Positions 18,027 to 27,339 of a stretch of 64,000 bases of DNA are shown piece by piece. The position numbers and the translations under genes are program-made. The stretch comes from a virus. Taxonomy: Duplodnaviria; Caudoviricetes. Below the pieces are notes generated by a model. The model had not been told where the DNA came from, did not search any database, and saw only the letters and a program-made list of their open reading frames with translations. Every line of letters begins with the position of its first letter. Position 1 is the first letter of the stretch. Location: positions 2,137-66,136 of the IMG/VR virus record IMGVR_UViG_3300043446_001791. One strand, 5' to 3'.

Positions 18027-19578
18027 CCTTTATCACATCCCCAAACTCTCCAGATTCAATAACAGTAATCTTAATTCCATTATACACTGCGCTTTCTCCT
18101 AACTTTAAAGATGCATTAGAATTATGGCCAGGAGACTTATTATCCATATTAGATGCCTGTATCATTTTTTTATTTTCTGGCAAAATTAATCGAATTCCAT
18201 CGGCGTGAGATGTTACTGACATATCAATCAAATATACAAGTGCGCCTTCAGAAATCTGTGGCAGTTTATAGTTTATACCCTCTGCTCTTTGAGACTCAAC
18301 AACAATAGCCTTTTGTTTATCTATTGGGATTACGACTGCCTTATTTCTTGTGCTCTTTACTGTAGATGGTGCTATATATGCAACAGACTCACGATCTTTA
18401 TCTAAACATATAACTTGTGAATCAGAAATATATCCAGCAATCCATTTATGCCATGTTAATAGATCATATGAGGACGCCCAATTAATTAATCCCCACCATT
18501 GAGGAGAATCTTTTTGGGAATGATTGTTGTCATCAAAACCAATTCCTACATGCATTAATTCATGTATCCACCAGGTTGGGAATGAAAAATTTCTTTCTTG
18601 TGCCAGATCTCCACCACTTGGCATGACAGATATAGTTACAAAACCCTCATCTGTTCTTATTGTGCCAATACCTACTTGGTCTCCAACTATTTTATTTGTA
18701 CTAGGTGGAAATAAAACTAATACTATATTTGCATTAGTAAAATTAATTTGACTATCTATTGACTTTATTAAATCAGATGAAAATCTTTCTGCATCAAATT
18801 GTTTTCTTTCATGAATTAAATTATAAGAAGATATGTTACCTGGAAAATATAAATATTTATCTGGTACTTTTATTTGTATGTTTGATCCATTGTCGGATGC
18901 TTGCTTTGTCCAATCAATAAGAAAATCAAAATACTTCTTAAAATCTTCAGATGGCTTTGTATTTGAGTTTGGAATATCATTAGAATATAAGGGAACTACT
19001 TGGTATACAGTATTTGGTGATGGATGCTTTAGGTAATCTATCCAAAACTTATCGTTATTTTTGAACCCTAATGTATTTTGTTTTTGTGGATTTTGATTTA
19101 ATTTACACTCTAAAATATTTTTTGTAACAAAATTATTTTGTATTTTAGGAAGAGATGTAAGTTCTGATGTTTTTGGAACCCTAAACGGACTTAGACATCC
19201 TCCACCATTTATATGTTTCTTTTCAAACTGCTTCCATTCGCTAGGGGTATCGGGATCTAATTCACACGGACTTAAAAAGTATTTTTTATTTGATGTTGGT
19301 AACTCTGTTTTAGTTTGTGTTGCTGTAGGCGTAGGTGTTGGTGTAGGCTGAACAACAACAGGCTTTTTGACAGCCCATCTATAAACTGTTCCACTTTTTA
19401 AGCAAATACGATTATTTTCAATTTTATTTACCTTTGATTTAGGACACGCTGTTGTAGTAACTGTATAGTCGCTTACACTATTTTGTGCAACTGGTGTTGG
19501 TGTGGGTGCTAATAAAGATGCTACAGTAACCGTAGAAATACAAACAATACACATTTTAAATAAAGATCCTAACGACAT
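18010..19578 (-). CDS. Secreted zinc metalloprotease-like protein (M6/InhA-like)
   Basis: N-terminal hydrophobic segment, Cys-pair module, PT linker, HELMH zinc motif, C-terminal GALVYLID...SLKLGES. Confidence 0.6.
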   Translation of the reverse strand: MSLGSLFKMCIVCISTVTVASLLAPTPTPVAQNSVSDYTVTTTACPKSKVNKIENNRICLKSGTVYRWAVKKPVVVQPTPTPTPTATQTKTELPTSNKKYFLSPCELDPDTPSEWKQFEKKHINGGGCLSPFRVPKTSELTSLPKIQNNFVTKNILECKLNQNPQKQNTLGFKNNDKFWIDYLKHPSPNTVYQVVPLYSNDIPNSNTKPSEDFKKYFDFLIDWTKQASDNGSNIQIKVPDKYLYFPGNISSYNLIHERKQFDAERFSSDLIKSIDSQINFTNANIVLVLFPPSTNKIVGDQVGIGTIRTDEGFVTISVMPSGGDLAQERNFSFPTWWIHELMHVGIGFDDNNHSQKDSPQWWGLINWASSYDLLTWHKWIAGYISDSQVICLDKDRESVAYIAPSTVKSTRNKAVVIPIDKQKAIVVESQRAEGINYKLPQISEGALVYLIDMSVTSHADGIRLILPENKKMIQASNMDNKSPGHNSNASLKLGESAVYNGIKITVIESGEFGDVIKVEPTR

Positions 19579-19759
19579 GTTCGCATGGGTCGCCTCCTGC
19601 TTCCCATTCCTCTATTTCTTCTTCACTCATATACTCATAGCCACCATCGTGTGTGTGACAATAAGGGTCGCTAATCCAGCCTCTTTCAATACCGTTTTGC
19701 AGCCAAATACCAAATTCTTGTTCCTCTGGAGACAAGTCTTCCATACCCATATGATTCAT
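19556..19759 (-). CDS. Small acidic hypothetical protein
   Basis: ORF track; CHTHDG...DPC; TATACT 6 nt upstream of ATG. Confidence 0.65.
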   Translation of the reverse strand: MNHMGMEDLSPEEQEFGIWLQNGIERGWISDPYCHTHDGGYEYMSEEEIEEWEAGGDPCEHVVRIFI

Positions 19760-19774
19760 ATATTTAGTATACTC

Positions 19775-20308
19775 CTAAATGCTTAGGATGTCAATAGGAC
19801 CTTTACAAGATGTAGAATGAGTAATAGCAGCGTTTACTGCAAGCACAGCCCTTTTTCTTGCGTCCTTTTGTTTTTGTGTTGAATACAATGAGCCTAATGC
19901 TAAGTCTCCGCCAGAACCCATTGCTAGATAATCCTGTTCATATTGTGTTAATGACATATCTGCTGCATTGTGTTCATATATTTTTCCACGTACACAAATT
20001 ATCATTCCAAAATCTGATGATGTAGATGTGTCTACCCACCAACCTTCATAAAAATTACGCAAGGCTTTTAAAAATTTACTATACATAAACTTATCAATAC
20101 TTCCACGACCTTCAAATTGTGGGGGTACAAATAAATGTCTGATTCTATCCCCATCCATTGATCCAGCATATCCAAATAGATAGCCTTCTTTTTTCCATAT
20201 CTTAGGACTTGAAGATATATTTACTGTATTATCATCTGAGATAGCACGATCACCAGCCATCCATATTTTATTATTTACTTTGTCACGAACGACTGCGATA
20301 CAAGTCAT
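19775..20308 (-). CDS. Ntn-hydrolase, HslV/proteasome-beta-like peptidase
   Basis: Thr2 nucleophile (MTCIAV), MAGD, KI, GYAGS, AMGSGG. Confidence 0.75.
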   Translation of the reverse strand: MTCIAVVRDKVNNKIWMAGDRAISDDNTVNISSSPKIWKKEGYLFGYAGSMDGDRIRHLFVPPQFEGRGSIDKFMYSKFLKALRNFYEGWWVDTSTSSDFGMIICVRGKIYEHNAADMSLTQYEQDYLAMGSGGDLALGSLYSTQKQKDARKRAVLAVNAAITHSTSCKGPIDILSI

Positions 20309-20334
20309 TGCATACCCTTCTGTGTTTAGTATTT

Positions 20335-20363
20335 AGTATAGCATTGAACTAAAAATGTGTCAA
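20335..20363 (-). promoter_or_regulatory. sigma70-type promoter
   Basis: TTGACA-17 nt-TATACT with extended TG, in the intergenic gap. Confidence 0.75.
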
Positions 20364-20957
20364 CTATTTAATAGTTTGTCCACATTCTGGACATGTTTTA
20401 GATTTTTTAGCAGTCTTATTAGGCTTTGCAGGCTCATCAGATTTCTTTGCAACTGCCCCGCCAAACTTAGGGCGACCAAACCCTACAATTGAAATCAAAA
20501 CATTTTTCTTATTTTTCTTATAAGCACGAAGTTTTTTACAAACCTCTCCACCATTTCTTTGGCTACCTTTATTATCTCCAGATGTATTACCTTCAATGCA
20601 CCAAACTGTTCCGTCTCCGTTGTCTTCAATAACAATTCCAACATGAGATATTCTATCTACCCCGTCAGATGGAAAATCAAAATAAGCAATGTCCCCTGGT
20701 TCTGGATCTGCTACATCTCCATCAATCCACGCTCCTGCTTTTTTAAATGCTGCTGCTCCACCTGGAGTATAAACTGTATTAGGAACCTTTACTCCTGCCT
20801 GATCGGCACACCACATAACAAATGAACCGCACCATGGTTGAAAGTTAGCCTTGGTAAACTTACCGTACTTGGTTTCATTGTCTTTTGGACCTTCAATAGT
20901 TCCAACTTCGCCTTTGGCTACTTCAATTAATTTTTCTGCCGTTCCCATTTCTGCCAT
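20364..20957 (-). CDS. Endolysin, CHAP-domain amidase
   Basis: PWCGSFVMWC, PGDIAYFD, HVGIV, IEGNT. Confidence 0.85.
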   Translation of the reverse strand: MAEMGTAEKLIEVAKGEVGTIEGPKDNETKYGKFTKANFQPWCGSFVMWCADQAGVKVPNTVYTPGGAAAFKKAGAWIDGDVADPEPGDIAYFDFPSDGVDRISHVGIVIEDNGDGTVWCIEGNTSGDNKGSQRNGGEVCKKLRAYKKNKKNVLISIVGFGRPKFGGAVAKKSDEPAKPNKTAKKSKTCPECGQTIK

Positions 20958-20959
20958 GA

Positions 20960-21403
20960 TTAATCCTTGTCCCACTCTGTATCAACTGGTTGTTCTTCTG
21001 GCATTGCGCCGTCTGGCTTCTTTGCAAGTCTTGCTCTTATCTCGTCAAGTTCTGCATCAAGTTTATCTTCAGCCATTTTAATTTCAGACTCTAACTTTTT
21101 ATCTGCTTGAGTATTCTTAGCATCCATTTCCTTATTAGATAGTTGTGCAGCCATTATATCTTTTGCACCAGACTGTCCAATTAATAAACCTGCTAATGTT
21201 CCTGTAATAAATGTTGCAACTGAGCCAAGCACATTGAAAAACATTTTATCATTTTCTGATTGTGCTCCTATTGGCTGAGTTACAAATATCAGAGCATATA
21301 AAATACCCAATGCTGTAAATAATAAAATTGCTCCTAATGTACAACCAAGAATAAACTTAAGTCGTGCATCAAGATCTTGTGGTGTCAATCTTTGCTTGCT
21401 CAT
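20960..21403 (-). CDS. Two-TM membrane protein with coiled-coil tail (holin-like/lysis accessory)
   Basis: Two hydrophobic helices; adjacent to endolysin. Confidence 0.5.
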   Translation of the reverse strand: MSKQRLTPQDLDARLKFILGCTLGAILLFTALGILYALIFVTQPIGAQSENDKMFFNVLGSVATFITGTLAGLLIGQSGAKDIMAAQLSNKEMDAKNTQADKKLESEIKMAEDKLDAELDEIRARLAKKPDGAMPEEQPVDTEWDKD

Positions 21404-21615
21404 TTATTGCCTTTCGTTTTTTGATACTCATCCCAAGCATCTTTTCCAATTATATCTCTTGTACATGTGCCAGTTGTCTCACAGACAGGAACATTACATT
21501 CCTTATTATCCCAGTTTGCTGGATCCTGACAAGGATAGCGATAGTGACCGTCATACCCGCAGCCACTAAGGCCTAATACAAGTATACACGATAATAAAAT
21601 ATGACGAATCTTCAT
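21400..21615 (-). CDS. Small Cys-rich lipoprotein
   Basis: Basic N-terminus, hydrophobic core, LSGC lipobox, four further Cys. Confidence 0.7.
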   Translation of the reverse strand: MKIRHILLSCILVLGLSGCGYDGHYRYPCQDPANWDNKECNVPVCETTGTCTRDIIGKDAWDEYQKTKGNK

Positions 21616-21627
21616 ATCGACATTATA

Positions 21628-21837
21628 CTATTCTTTTTCTTCACGAAGCGGGATGGTAATAAGCCATAGGGCTATTGATATTAATGTGGCTACTCCCACT
21701 ACCTGCTGGGCGGTACCTGTAAGGGTAAGCCAAGCAATAAAGAAGCCAAGGATGGTAAATACTTGGGCTATGCTCTCAACTACAGCAGCCTTAAGCCACT
21801 TTAAGAATCCCTTAACTACCTTCTTAATCATGTTCAT
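21628..21837 (-). CDS. Small two-TM membrane protein (holin candidate)
   Basis: Two hydrophobic segments, charged C-terminus. Confidence 0.5.
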   Translation of the reverse strand: MNMIKKVVKGFLKWLKAAVVESIAQVFTILGFFIAWLTLTGTAQQVVGVATLISIALWLITIPLREEKE

Positions 21838-21838
21838 A

Positions 21839-23440
21839 TTATAACCTCCTTAGTGACATAACTGAACTAACTATATTTCCTACCAAAATAACAGGGATCA
21901 CAACCTCTTGAACTTTTTCTCTCTGATCATCTGTCATATCTTTACCCCATTCTGTTGGGCTTAACAACTTTTCAAAATCTATGTCTGTCAATACGCCAAG
22001 CGGATCTGCTAAGAATGCCTCTGTTTGTATTTCTGTTACAGCATCTGCTAAGGTATATGGCATGGGAGCATTTTCATTTTGTGCTGCCTTTTCAGCAAAT
22101 TGAACTACGGCTGCTGCTACTACAGGATTTTCTTTTGCTACCTCTGCAATAAGGGCAACTTCTTCTGCCTTAATACCAAGATCTTTTGCCAACTCTTTCT
22201 TAGCCTCTGGATTTAATTCAGTTAAAAAGTTTGATACGGCTGACATTAATTTAGAATCATTAACACTAATTAGTTTATTTAACTTCTTAAGTTCCTCGTC
22301 AGAAATAGGACTGCTATTTGTGTTATCATTATCTGGTGCTACTACAGGATCTTCGTCAGCAGGTTGCTCAGGTTCAGGCTCTTGAGTTGGATCTGTATCC
22401 GTTGGCTGAGGTGAAGGCTCTTGTGAAGGCTCTGGAGTTGCATCAGTCTCTTCGTCTACCCCACCTGTTGTATCAGGGCTTGGAGTTGGATTGGGAGCGT
22501 CTGGTTCAGTTTGCTCTTCATCATCAGGGAATCTTGGATCATCTGGAGTAATTATCTCTGGATCAACCTCAACATCAGGGTCAGGCAAATCTGGTTCATT
22601 TGTAGACTCAGGACTTGGCTCTGGAGAAGGGTCTGTGGTAGGTTCTGGCTCTGGGTTATTTACCTCTTCACCATTAATAGATGCAATAAGATTATTTAAA
22701 TCTGATATTTCTGAAGCCAACTGTGCTGCCTCTGCCACCTGCTCTTGTTGCTCTGCTGGTGTTATAGGGGCTTCTGTGGGCGTTGGAGAAGGTTCTGGGA
22801 TAGGTTCTGGAGCAAGAGTAGGTGTTGGACTACCAGCCTGTACTTGGGTGGCTCCCCAAGCCTCTAAAGAAACAATGTCTCCATTATGAAGTCTAACTCC
22901 TGTTCTAAGATTTTGATATTCTGGACCTTGATAACTATAGGACACCGCTAAACCGCCAGTATTAGTAATAGCCACTAATATATTTACTGTACTTGGTTGT
23001 GCCCCATAGTTACCGTATGGGACCATATTTAGATTTAATTGAAATCCGCCCTCTGAATAATATATATCCAAACCAGATGTACCGCTTGCTCCTGGAAACC
23101 AGTCCATTGAATATAAGGAGATAGATGGTGTATTAGGATATGCCCAATATGTGGGATCAGGTTGACCAAATGTAATTACTGAGTTAGTTGTTGCATAAAT
23201 GTTTTCATACTGTACCCCGTCAAAAGTAACTGTGCTTGCAATAGGAATTTGATAAGAAACATCGTCTCCAGAACAAGTATCCATTGTGTGTACTGTTGGT
23301 TCTGTATCACCATTGTATGCTGCTGCTATGGTTTGTGATTGTATAAAGTTTACACAAGTGGCATTAGCGTTTTCTGGAAGCCATAGGTTAAAACCAAATG
23401 CTAATAAAGTTGCTGTTAATATTCTGGTTAATTTCTTAAT
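21839..23440 (-). CDS. Secreted, C-terminally anchored surface protein with Pro/Glu/Thr-rich stalk; probable ATT start
   Basis: Frame open 52 codons upstream of the tracked ATG (23284), encoding signal peptide IKKLTRILTATLLAFGFNLWLPENANA; C-terminal hydrophobic helix followed by RR. Confidence 0.7.
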   Translation of the reverse strand: MKKLTRILTATLLAFGFNLWLPENANATCVNFIQSQTIAAAYNGDTEPTVHTMDTCSGDDVSYQIPIASTVTFDGVQYENIYATTNSVITFGQPDPTYWAYPNTPSISLYSMDWFPGASGTSGLDIYYSEGGFQLNLNMVPYGNYGAQPSTVNILVAITNTGGLAVSYSYQGPEYQNLRTGVRLHNGDIVSLEAWGATQVQAGSPTPTLAPEPIPEPSPTPTEAPITPAEQQEQVAEAAQLASEISDLNNLIASINGEEVNNPEPEPTTDPSPEPSPESTNEPDLPDPDVEVDPEIITPDDPRFPDDEEQTEPDAPNPTPSPDTTGGVDEETDATPEPSQEPSPQPTDTDPTQEPEPEQPADEDPVVAPDNDNTNSSPISDEELKKLNKLISVNDSKLMSAVSNFLTELNPEAKKELAKDLGIKAEEVALIAEVAKENPVVAAAVVQFAEKAAQNENAPMPYTLADAVTEIQTEAFLADPLGVLTDIDFEKLLSPTEWGKDMTDDQREKVQEVVIPVILVGNIVSSVMSLRRL

Positions 23441-23488
23441 AGTCCTTTCTGCCTCCAGATTTAATAAGACTATTATAACATTTTATTT

Positions 23489-23522
23489 AAAAAAGAAAAG
23501 GGAGCCAGTTTCCTGACTCCCC
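23489..23522 (-). terminator. Rho-independent terminator
   Basis: GGGAGTCAG-GAAA-CTGGCTCCC followed by TTTTCTTTTTT on minus strand. Confidence 0.85.
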
Positions 23523-23539
23523 ATCTTTTAATTTGTTAA

Positions 23540-24688
23540 TTACTTAACAAGTGTAACCTTTGCCTTTGGATTCTTTGCGTTCCACTTCTTGGCAAGATCA
23601 TTAAATGCCTTCTTCATTGCAGCGATAGCAGCAGCATTATCTGCCTTTACCTTTGCAAGTTCAGCATCTGCAGCAACCTTTGCATCAGCAAGAGCCTTAT
23701 CAGCAGCAACCTTAGCGGTTACAGCATTAGCCTTTAGTGTTGCAATTTCAGCAGCAGCAGTAATAGCAGCAGCATCAGCAGCAGCCTTAGCAGCAGCAGC
23801 ATCAGTTGCAGCCTTTGCTACAGCAGCAGCGAGAGCAGCATCTGCAGTTACCTTATCAGCAGCACGAGCAGCCTTTTCTGCAGCGAGTGCAGCATTGGCA
23901 GTAGCAAGTGCTCCAGCAAGATCAGATACTGTTACGATTGCAGTCTGAGAAGTTGTTGCCAACTTGATTGTTGGAACAGATGTTGGTGCAGTAATAGATG
24001 CTCCAACAGCAACAGTTCCAGCAGTTGCAGGAAGTGTGATGTCTGATGTGTAACGACCTGTTACAAGAGCATCAGCAGTTACTGTTCCAGCAGTTGCGCC
24101 ACCAAGAGTAGTAACAGTTACTGTATCAGCAACAGCGTTGCCGAAAATATCTGCTACATCAAGAGTTGCAGTTACCTTGCCAGAAATATTTCCTGAAGCA
24201 GGGATTGACATCTTAAGTTCATATGCAGGACCTGCAACACCCTTAAGATAAATTGTAGTGCTTGCACCGACTACAGAAACTGTAACCGCAGATGCAGCAG
24301 TACTTGTTGTATATGCATAGACAGTCGCTGTTGTTGAAGCAGGTGTGACTGTGATTGATGAGGATCCAGCAGATGCATTAACTGTTGAACCAATTGCAGA
24401 AACGAGGCGTGTGTTAGCACCAACTGCGGTAAATGTTACTGGTGTTCCAGAAACAACTGTAGCGGTGATAAGAAGTGCTTCGTTATTTGTGACAGTTGTG
24501 GTATCTGCAACGCTTACTACGTTGTCAGATGGAACCTTAACTGTGAATGGTGAGGCTGCAGTACCTGCGCCAGCAATTTCAGTTGTTACGTCAACAGAAA
24601 CGGTATTGGCACTTGCAGGTGTCACTACGAGTGTGCTCATAGTCATGGCTGCAACCACGGCAAGAGCAATCTTCTTAAATGAATTCAT
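23540..24688 (-). CDS. Secreted Ala/Thr/Val-rich surface (S-layer/Ig-like) protein with Ala-Lys coiled coil
   Basis: Signal peptide MNSFKKIALAVVAAMTMSTLVVTPASA; beta-rich body; Ala-rich C-terminus; AGGAG RBS; own terminator. Confidence 0.7.
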   Translation of the reverse strand: MNSFKKIALAVVAAMTMSTLVVTPASANTVSVDVTTEIAGAGTAASPFTVKVPSDNVVSVADTTTVTNNEALLITATVVSGTPVTFTAVGANTRLVSAIGSTVNASAGSSSITVTPASTTATVYAYTTSTAASAVTVSVVGASTTIYLKGVAGPAYELKMSIPASGNISGKVTATLDVADIFGNAVADTVTVTTLGGATAGTVTADALVTGRYTSDITLPATAGTVAVGASITAPTSVPTIKLATTSQTAIVTVSDLAGALATANAALAAEKAARAADKVTADAALAAAVAKAATDAAAAKAAADAAAITAAAEIATLKANAVTAKVAADKALADAKVAADAELAKVKADNAAAIAAMKKAFNDLAKKWNAKNPKAKVTLVK

Positions 24689-24715
24689 TTTTCTCCTTTT
24701 ATTATTCATTTTGGT

Positions 24716-26503
24716 TTATATTGTTTTTAATCTATCCAAATAGTCTTGAATATCTTCTATTTGACTAGGTTTATATTGTATCACGTTCTCAGGGAGCGTG
24801 TCAACTCTACGTGGTTTGTCTCTAAATGTATGAACTTCAACTTCAAGGTTTTGATCTTTTGGGGTATATGATATCGCCCCAAAAATAGACCCGCAAACTG
24901 CATCTGCTAAGTCTTTAGATAATTTTCTTGGGTGATCAACATTTTTACCATTTTTTGTTATTTTTAATTCTGTAAGTTCTTCAAACAAAAGTTCTATAGA
25001 CGGCATGACAAGACGTTCTTCATATACTAACATTGCCATATCTTCGTATTGTTTTTTAGACACAGACACTGTATCGGTTTTCATTCCTACGGACTTAAGT
25101 TCATTTTGAATATCAAATGATTGCCATCTATCAAAAGTAACCATTCCTATATTAAAGCCTAATCTTCTTAAATTTTGAATCCATTGTTTAACTTCAGATA
25201 AATTAACTGGACCTTCTACTTTTGGTTCCCACCAAGCAACGGCATCAACAACTACAATTGGTGATATTTCTTCATAATTTTTAATAACTTGAACGCTTAC
25301 CCATTTATCTACGTGTGCAATAGCAACAGCACATTTGTCATGTCTTTGTGCAAGGTCAGCATGAACATAATAAACTTTATCTGGATCAGGCTTAAAACTT
25401 GTTTCAAATCTTCTAAATTGATCAAGTGGATTTCTTATTGTCATACAAGCACGAACCTTATCTGCTTGTTTAAAAAAAGCATCAGATGCATAAGTTGGTA
25501 CGCAAGCAAAACGCATCATTGCATCACCTAGGTCTGTCATAAAAGCAATTTTAAAATCATCAACTTTTCTAGTTGGATTAACTTCCCAAGTTGCTCTTTT
25601 TAACGCAAAAACTCCAGGATATTTATAAGAACTTATCTCATCATAATCCCAAGATATCTCAAACCAATTATCTGCATCATCTTCTGGAAGCAAAGGATTA
25701 ATTATATATCTATGTGTTTTAGTTATAGTTTCTTTTTCTGCAATTACAGAATCATATCTTTCTGAAATAAAATCTCCATTATAGCGGGGGAATGAAAGAA
25801 GAACTACCTTTCCAAGATCTGGAAAACGAGAATCAACAGAGCCACGGAAGGCCTTATAGATATTATCAGCAGTCTTACCTTGTTCATTTCCTGTCATTAC
25901 TTCAGAAGCAAATCCAGAAATCTCATCAAGAACAGCAAGCAATAGGTTTAAACCTTCATGAGACTCTCTTTCTGAGTGCCCAGAGTACACTGTAATTGAT
26001 TTGTTAAATCCAATCGAATCCACCTTGGCTTCATACTTGCCAGCAAACCATGGTGATCTTTCAATCTTAGTTTTAAATCCTTTAAAGAAAACATTCTTAG
26101 CCTGTTGTGCGTTAATAGCAACATTGATAAGGTCTATGGCATCTCCAGAGGGTTTGCCGAAATATCTGGCTGGATCCTTAAGGCATAGTAACTTATACAC
26201 AATGTAAGCACAAGCAACAGTAGAAGTAAAATCTTTTCCACTACCCTTGCCAAGTTGGAGGATAATTTCATTCTTAGTATATTTTTCATAATATTCTTCT
26301 CCTTCTTTTTCTCCCATCAGTTCTTGCAAATCTTCTTTGCGATATATCTGACTCATTGCTTGAACAATATCATACTGAATATCAGACAAAGGTGGTTGCC
26401 CTAAATATTCTGGAGACTCTACAAATGTTTTTGCATCTACTGGATTTTCTTCAAAATAATTATCCTTAAGTGCTTCAATAAAATCATCAAACATCGTGGA
26501 CAA
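24716..26503 (-). CDS. terL: Terminase large subunit
   Basis: Walker A LGKGSGKD, Walker B LLAVLDE, nuclease HADLAQ...D, DHP...SKDLADA. Confidence 0.9.
   Translation of the reverse strand: MSTMFDDFIEALKDNYFEENPVDAKTFVESPEYLGQPPLSDIQYDIVQAMSQIYRKEDLQELMGEKEGEEYYEKYTKNEIILQLGKGSGKDFTSTVACAYIVYKLLCLKDPARYFGKPSGDAIDLINVAINAQQAKNVFFKGFKTKIERSPWFAGKYEAKVDSIGFNKSITVYSGHSERESHEGLNLLLAVLDEISGFASEVMTGNEQGKTADNIYKAFRGSVDSRFPDLGKVVLLSFPRYNGDFISERYDSVIAEKETITKTHRYIINPLLPEDDADNWFEISWDYDEISSYKYPGVFALKRATWEVNPTRKVDDFKIAFMTDLGDAMMRFACVPTYASDAFFKQADKVRACMTIRNPLDQFRRFETSFKPDPDKVYYVHADLAQRHDKCAVAIAHVDKWVSVQVIKNYEEISPIVVVDAVAWWEPKVEGPVNLSEVKQWIQNLRRLGFNIGMVTFDRWQSFDIQNELKSVGMKTDTVSVSKKQYEDMAMLVYEERLVMPSIELLFEELTELKITKNGKNVDHPRKLSKDLADAVCGSIFGAISYTPKDQNLEVEVHTFRDKPRRVDTLPENVIQYKPSQIEDIQDYLDRLKTI
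24775..24804 (-). promoter_or_regulatory. Promoter inside the terL 3' end, upstream of the surface-protein gene
   Basis: TTGACA-18 nt-TACAAT with extended TG. Confidence 0.6.
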
Positions 26504-27020
26504 TTGTAATCACTTCATCTCTTTTAGCAATATCAGAAAGCCTACGCATAATTTCATCACGAACTTCTGGATACTCAGCAGCAATATCACGAAGAATTGA
26601 CATCAAAACGTCTTGTCTTCTTTCTATCTGTATCATTTCTTCTGCTAATTCTTTGTTTTCAAGAAGACCTGCTTTTTGTAGCATATCAATTCTTTTTGCT
26701 TCAATATCCATTACTAGTTTAATTGCCTGTGTTTTTGCACCCAAATTATTTGTTAGGGTTGCTTCAGATATAACTTCGTGTGCTAATAATTTTAAATTAT
26801 CATAATGTGTATCTGCAATCGCAAGTGCTTCTTTTGCTCTGCCACGAATAGCGTCATTAGCAGATGCCATTACCTTCCACTCATTTATATGCTGCACAAC
26901 CTTATTTCTTGGAATAGAAAGATCTTTAGAAATTTTTGTAGGATCATTTCCCTTTAAATATTCTGCAACAACATTATTTATTTCATCTAAGTGTTTTACT
27001 AAATCTTCTTCAGTTGACAT
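26487..27020 (-). CDS. Probable terminase small subunit
   Basis: N-terminal HTH-like region plus helical region; overlaps terL start. Confidence 0.6.
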   Translation of the reverse strand: MSTEEDLVKHLDEINNVVAEYLKGNDPTKISKDLSIPRNKVVQHINEWKVMASANDAIRGRAKEALAIADTHYDNLKLLAHEVISEATLTNNLGAKTQAIKLVMDIEAKRIDMLQKAGLLENKELAEEMIQIERRQDVLMSILRDIAAEYPEVRDEIMRRLSDIAKRDEVITIVHDV

Positions 27021-27339
27021 CTTTATCCTTTGCTATCTTTAATAATACCAAATATCCAATTAGATCATCAATGTCGTTGTCGCCTATATATTCTGTGCCA
27101 CGCATAATTCTACTTAACTTATCATCAATACGGACATGCAGTTGTTCTCTGGCATCAGCCTTGCTAAAAATACGAATTGGATCAAGAGCAGAATTTCCAT
27201 ATGCTATATTTTTTCTAATAAGCATATGAGCAATCTCATGTGTTGTTTCCCATATTTTATAACCTGCAGATGTTCCCACAGTTAATAAATATAAATCCTC
27301 ACAATTAAATCTTTTAGAATCGGGAAATACTGGGTTCAT
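27010..27339 (-). CDS. Nucleotide-modification-associated domain 1 (DUF1599/Nmad1)-like protein
   Basis: KNIAYGNS...VRIDDKLSRI...DDLIGYLVL. Confidence 0.7.
   Translation of the reverse strand: MNPVFPDSKRFNCEDLYLLTVGTSAGYKIWETTHEIAHMLIRKNIAYGNSALDPIRIFSKADAREQLHVRIDDKLSRIMRGTEYIGDNDIDDLIGYLVLLKIAKDKDVN

Noticed and set aside
22491-24743. Plus-strand ORFs (e.g. 22491-22889, 23589-23948, 24345-24743) and similar ones such as 53393-53962 and 56714-57352
   Set aside because: Antisense shadows of low-complexity or codon-biased minus-strand genes; no recognisable motifs.
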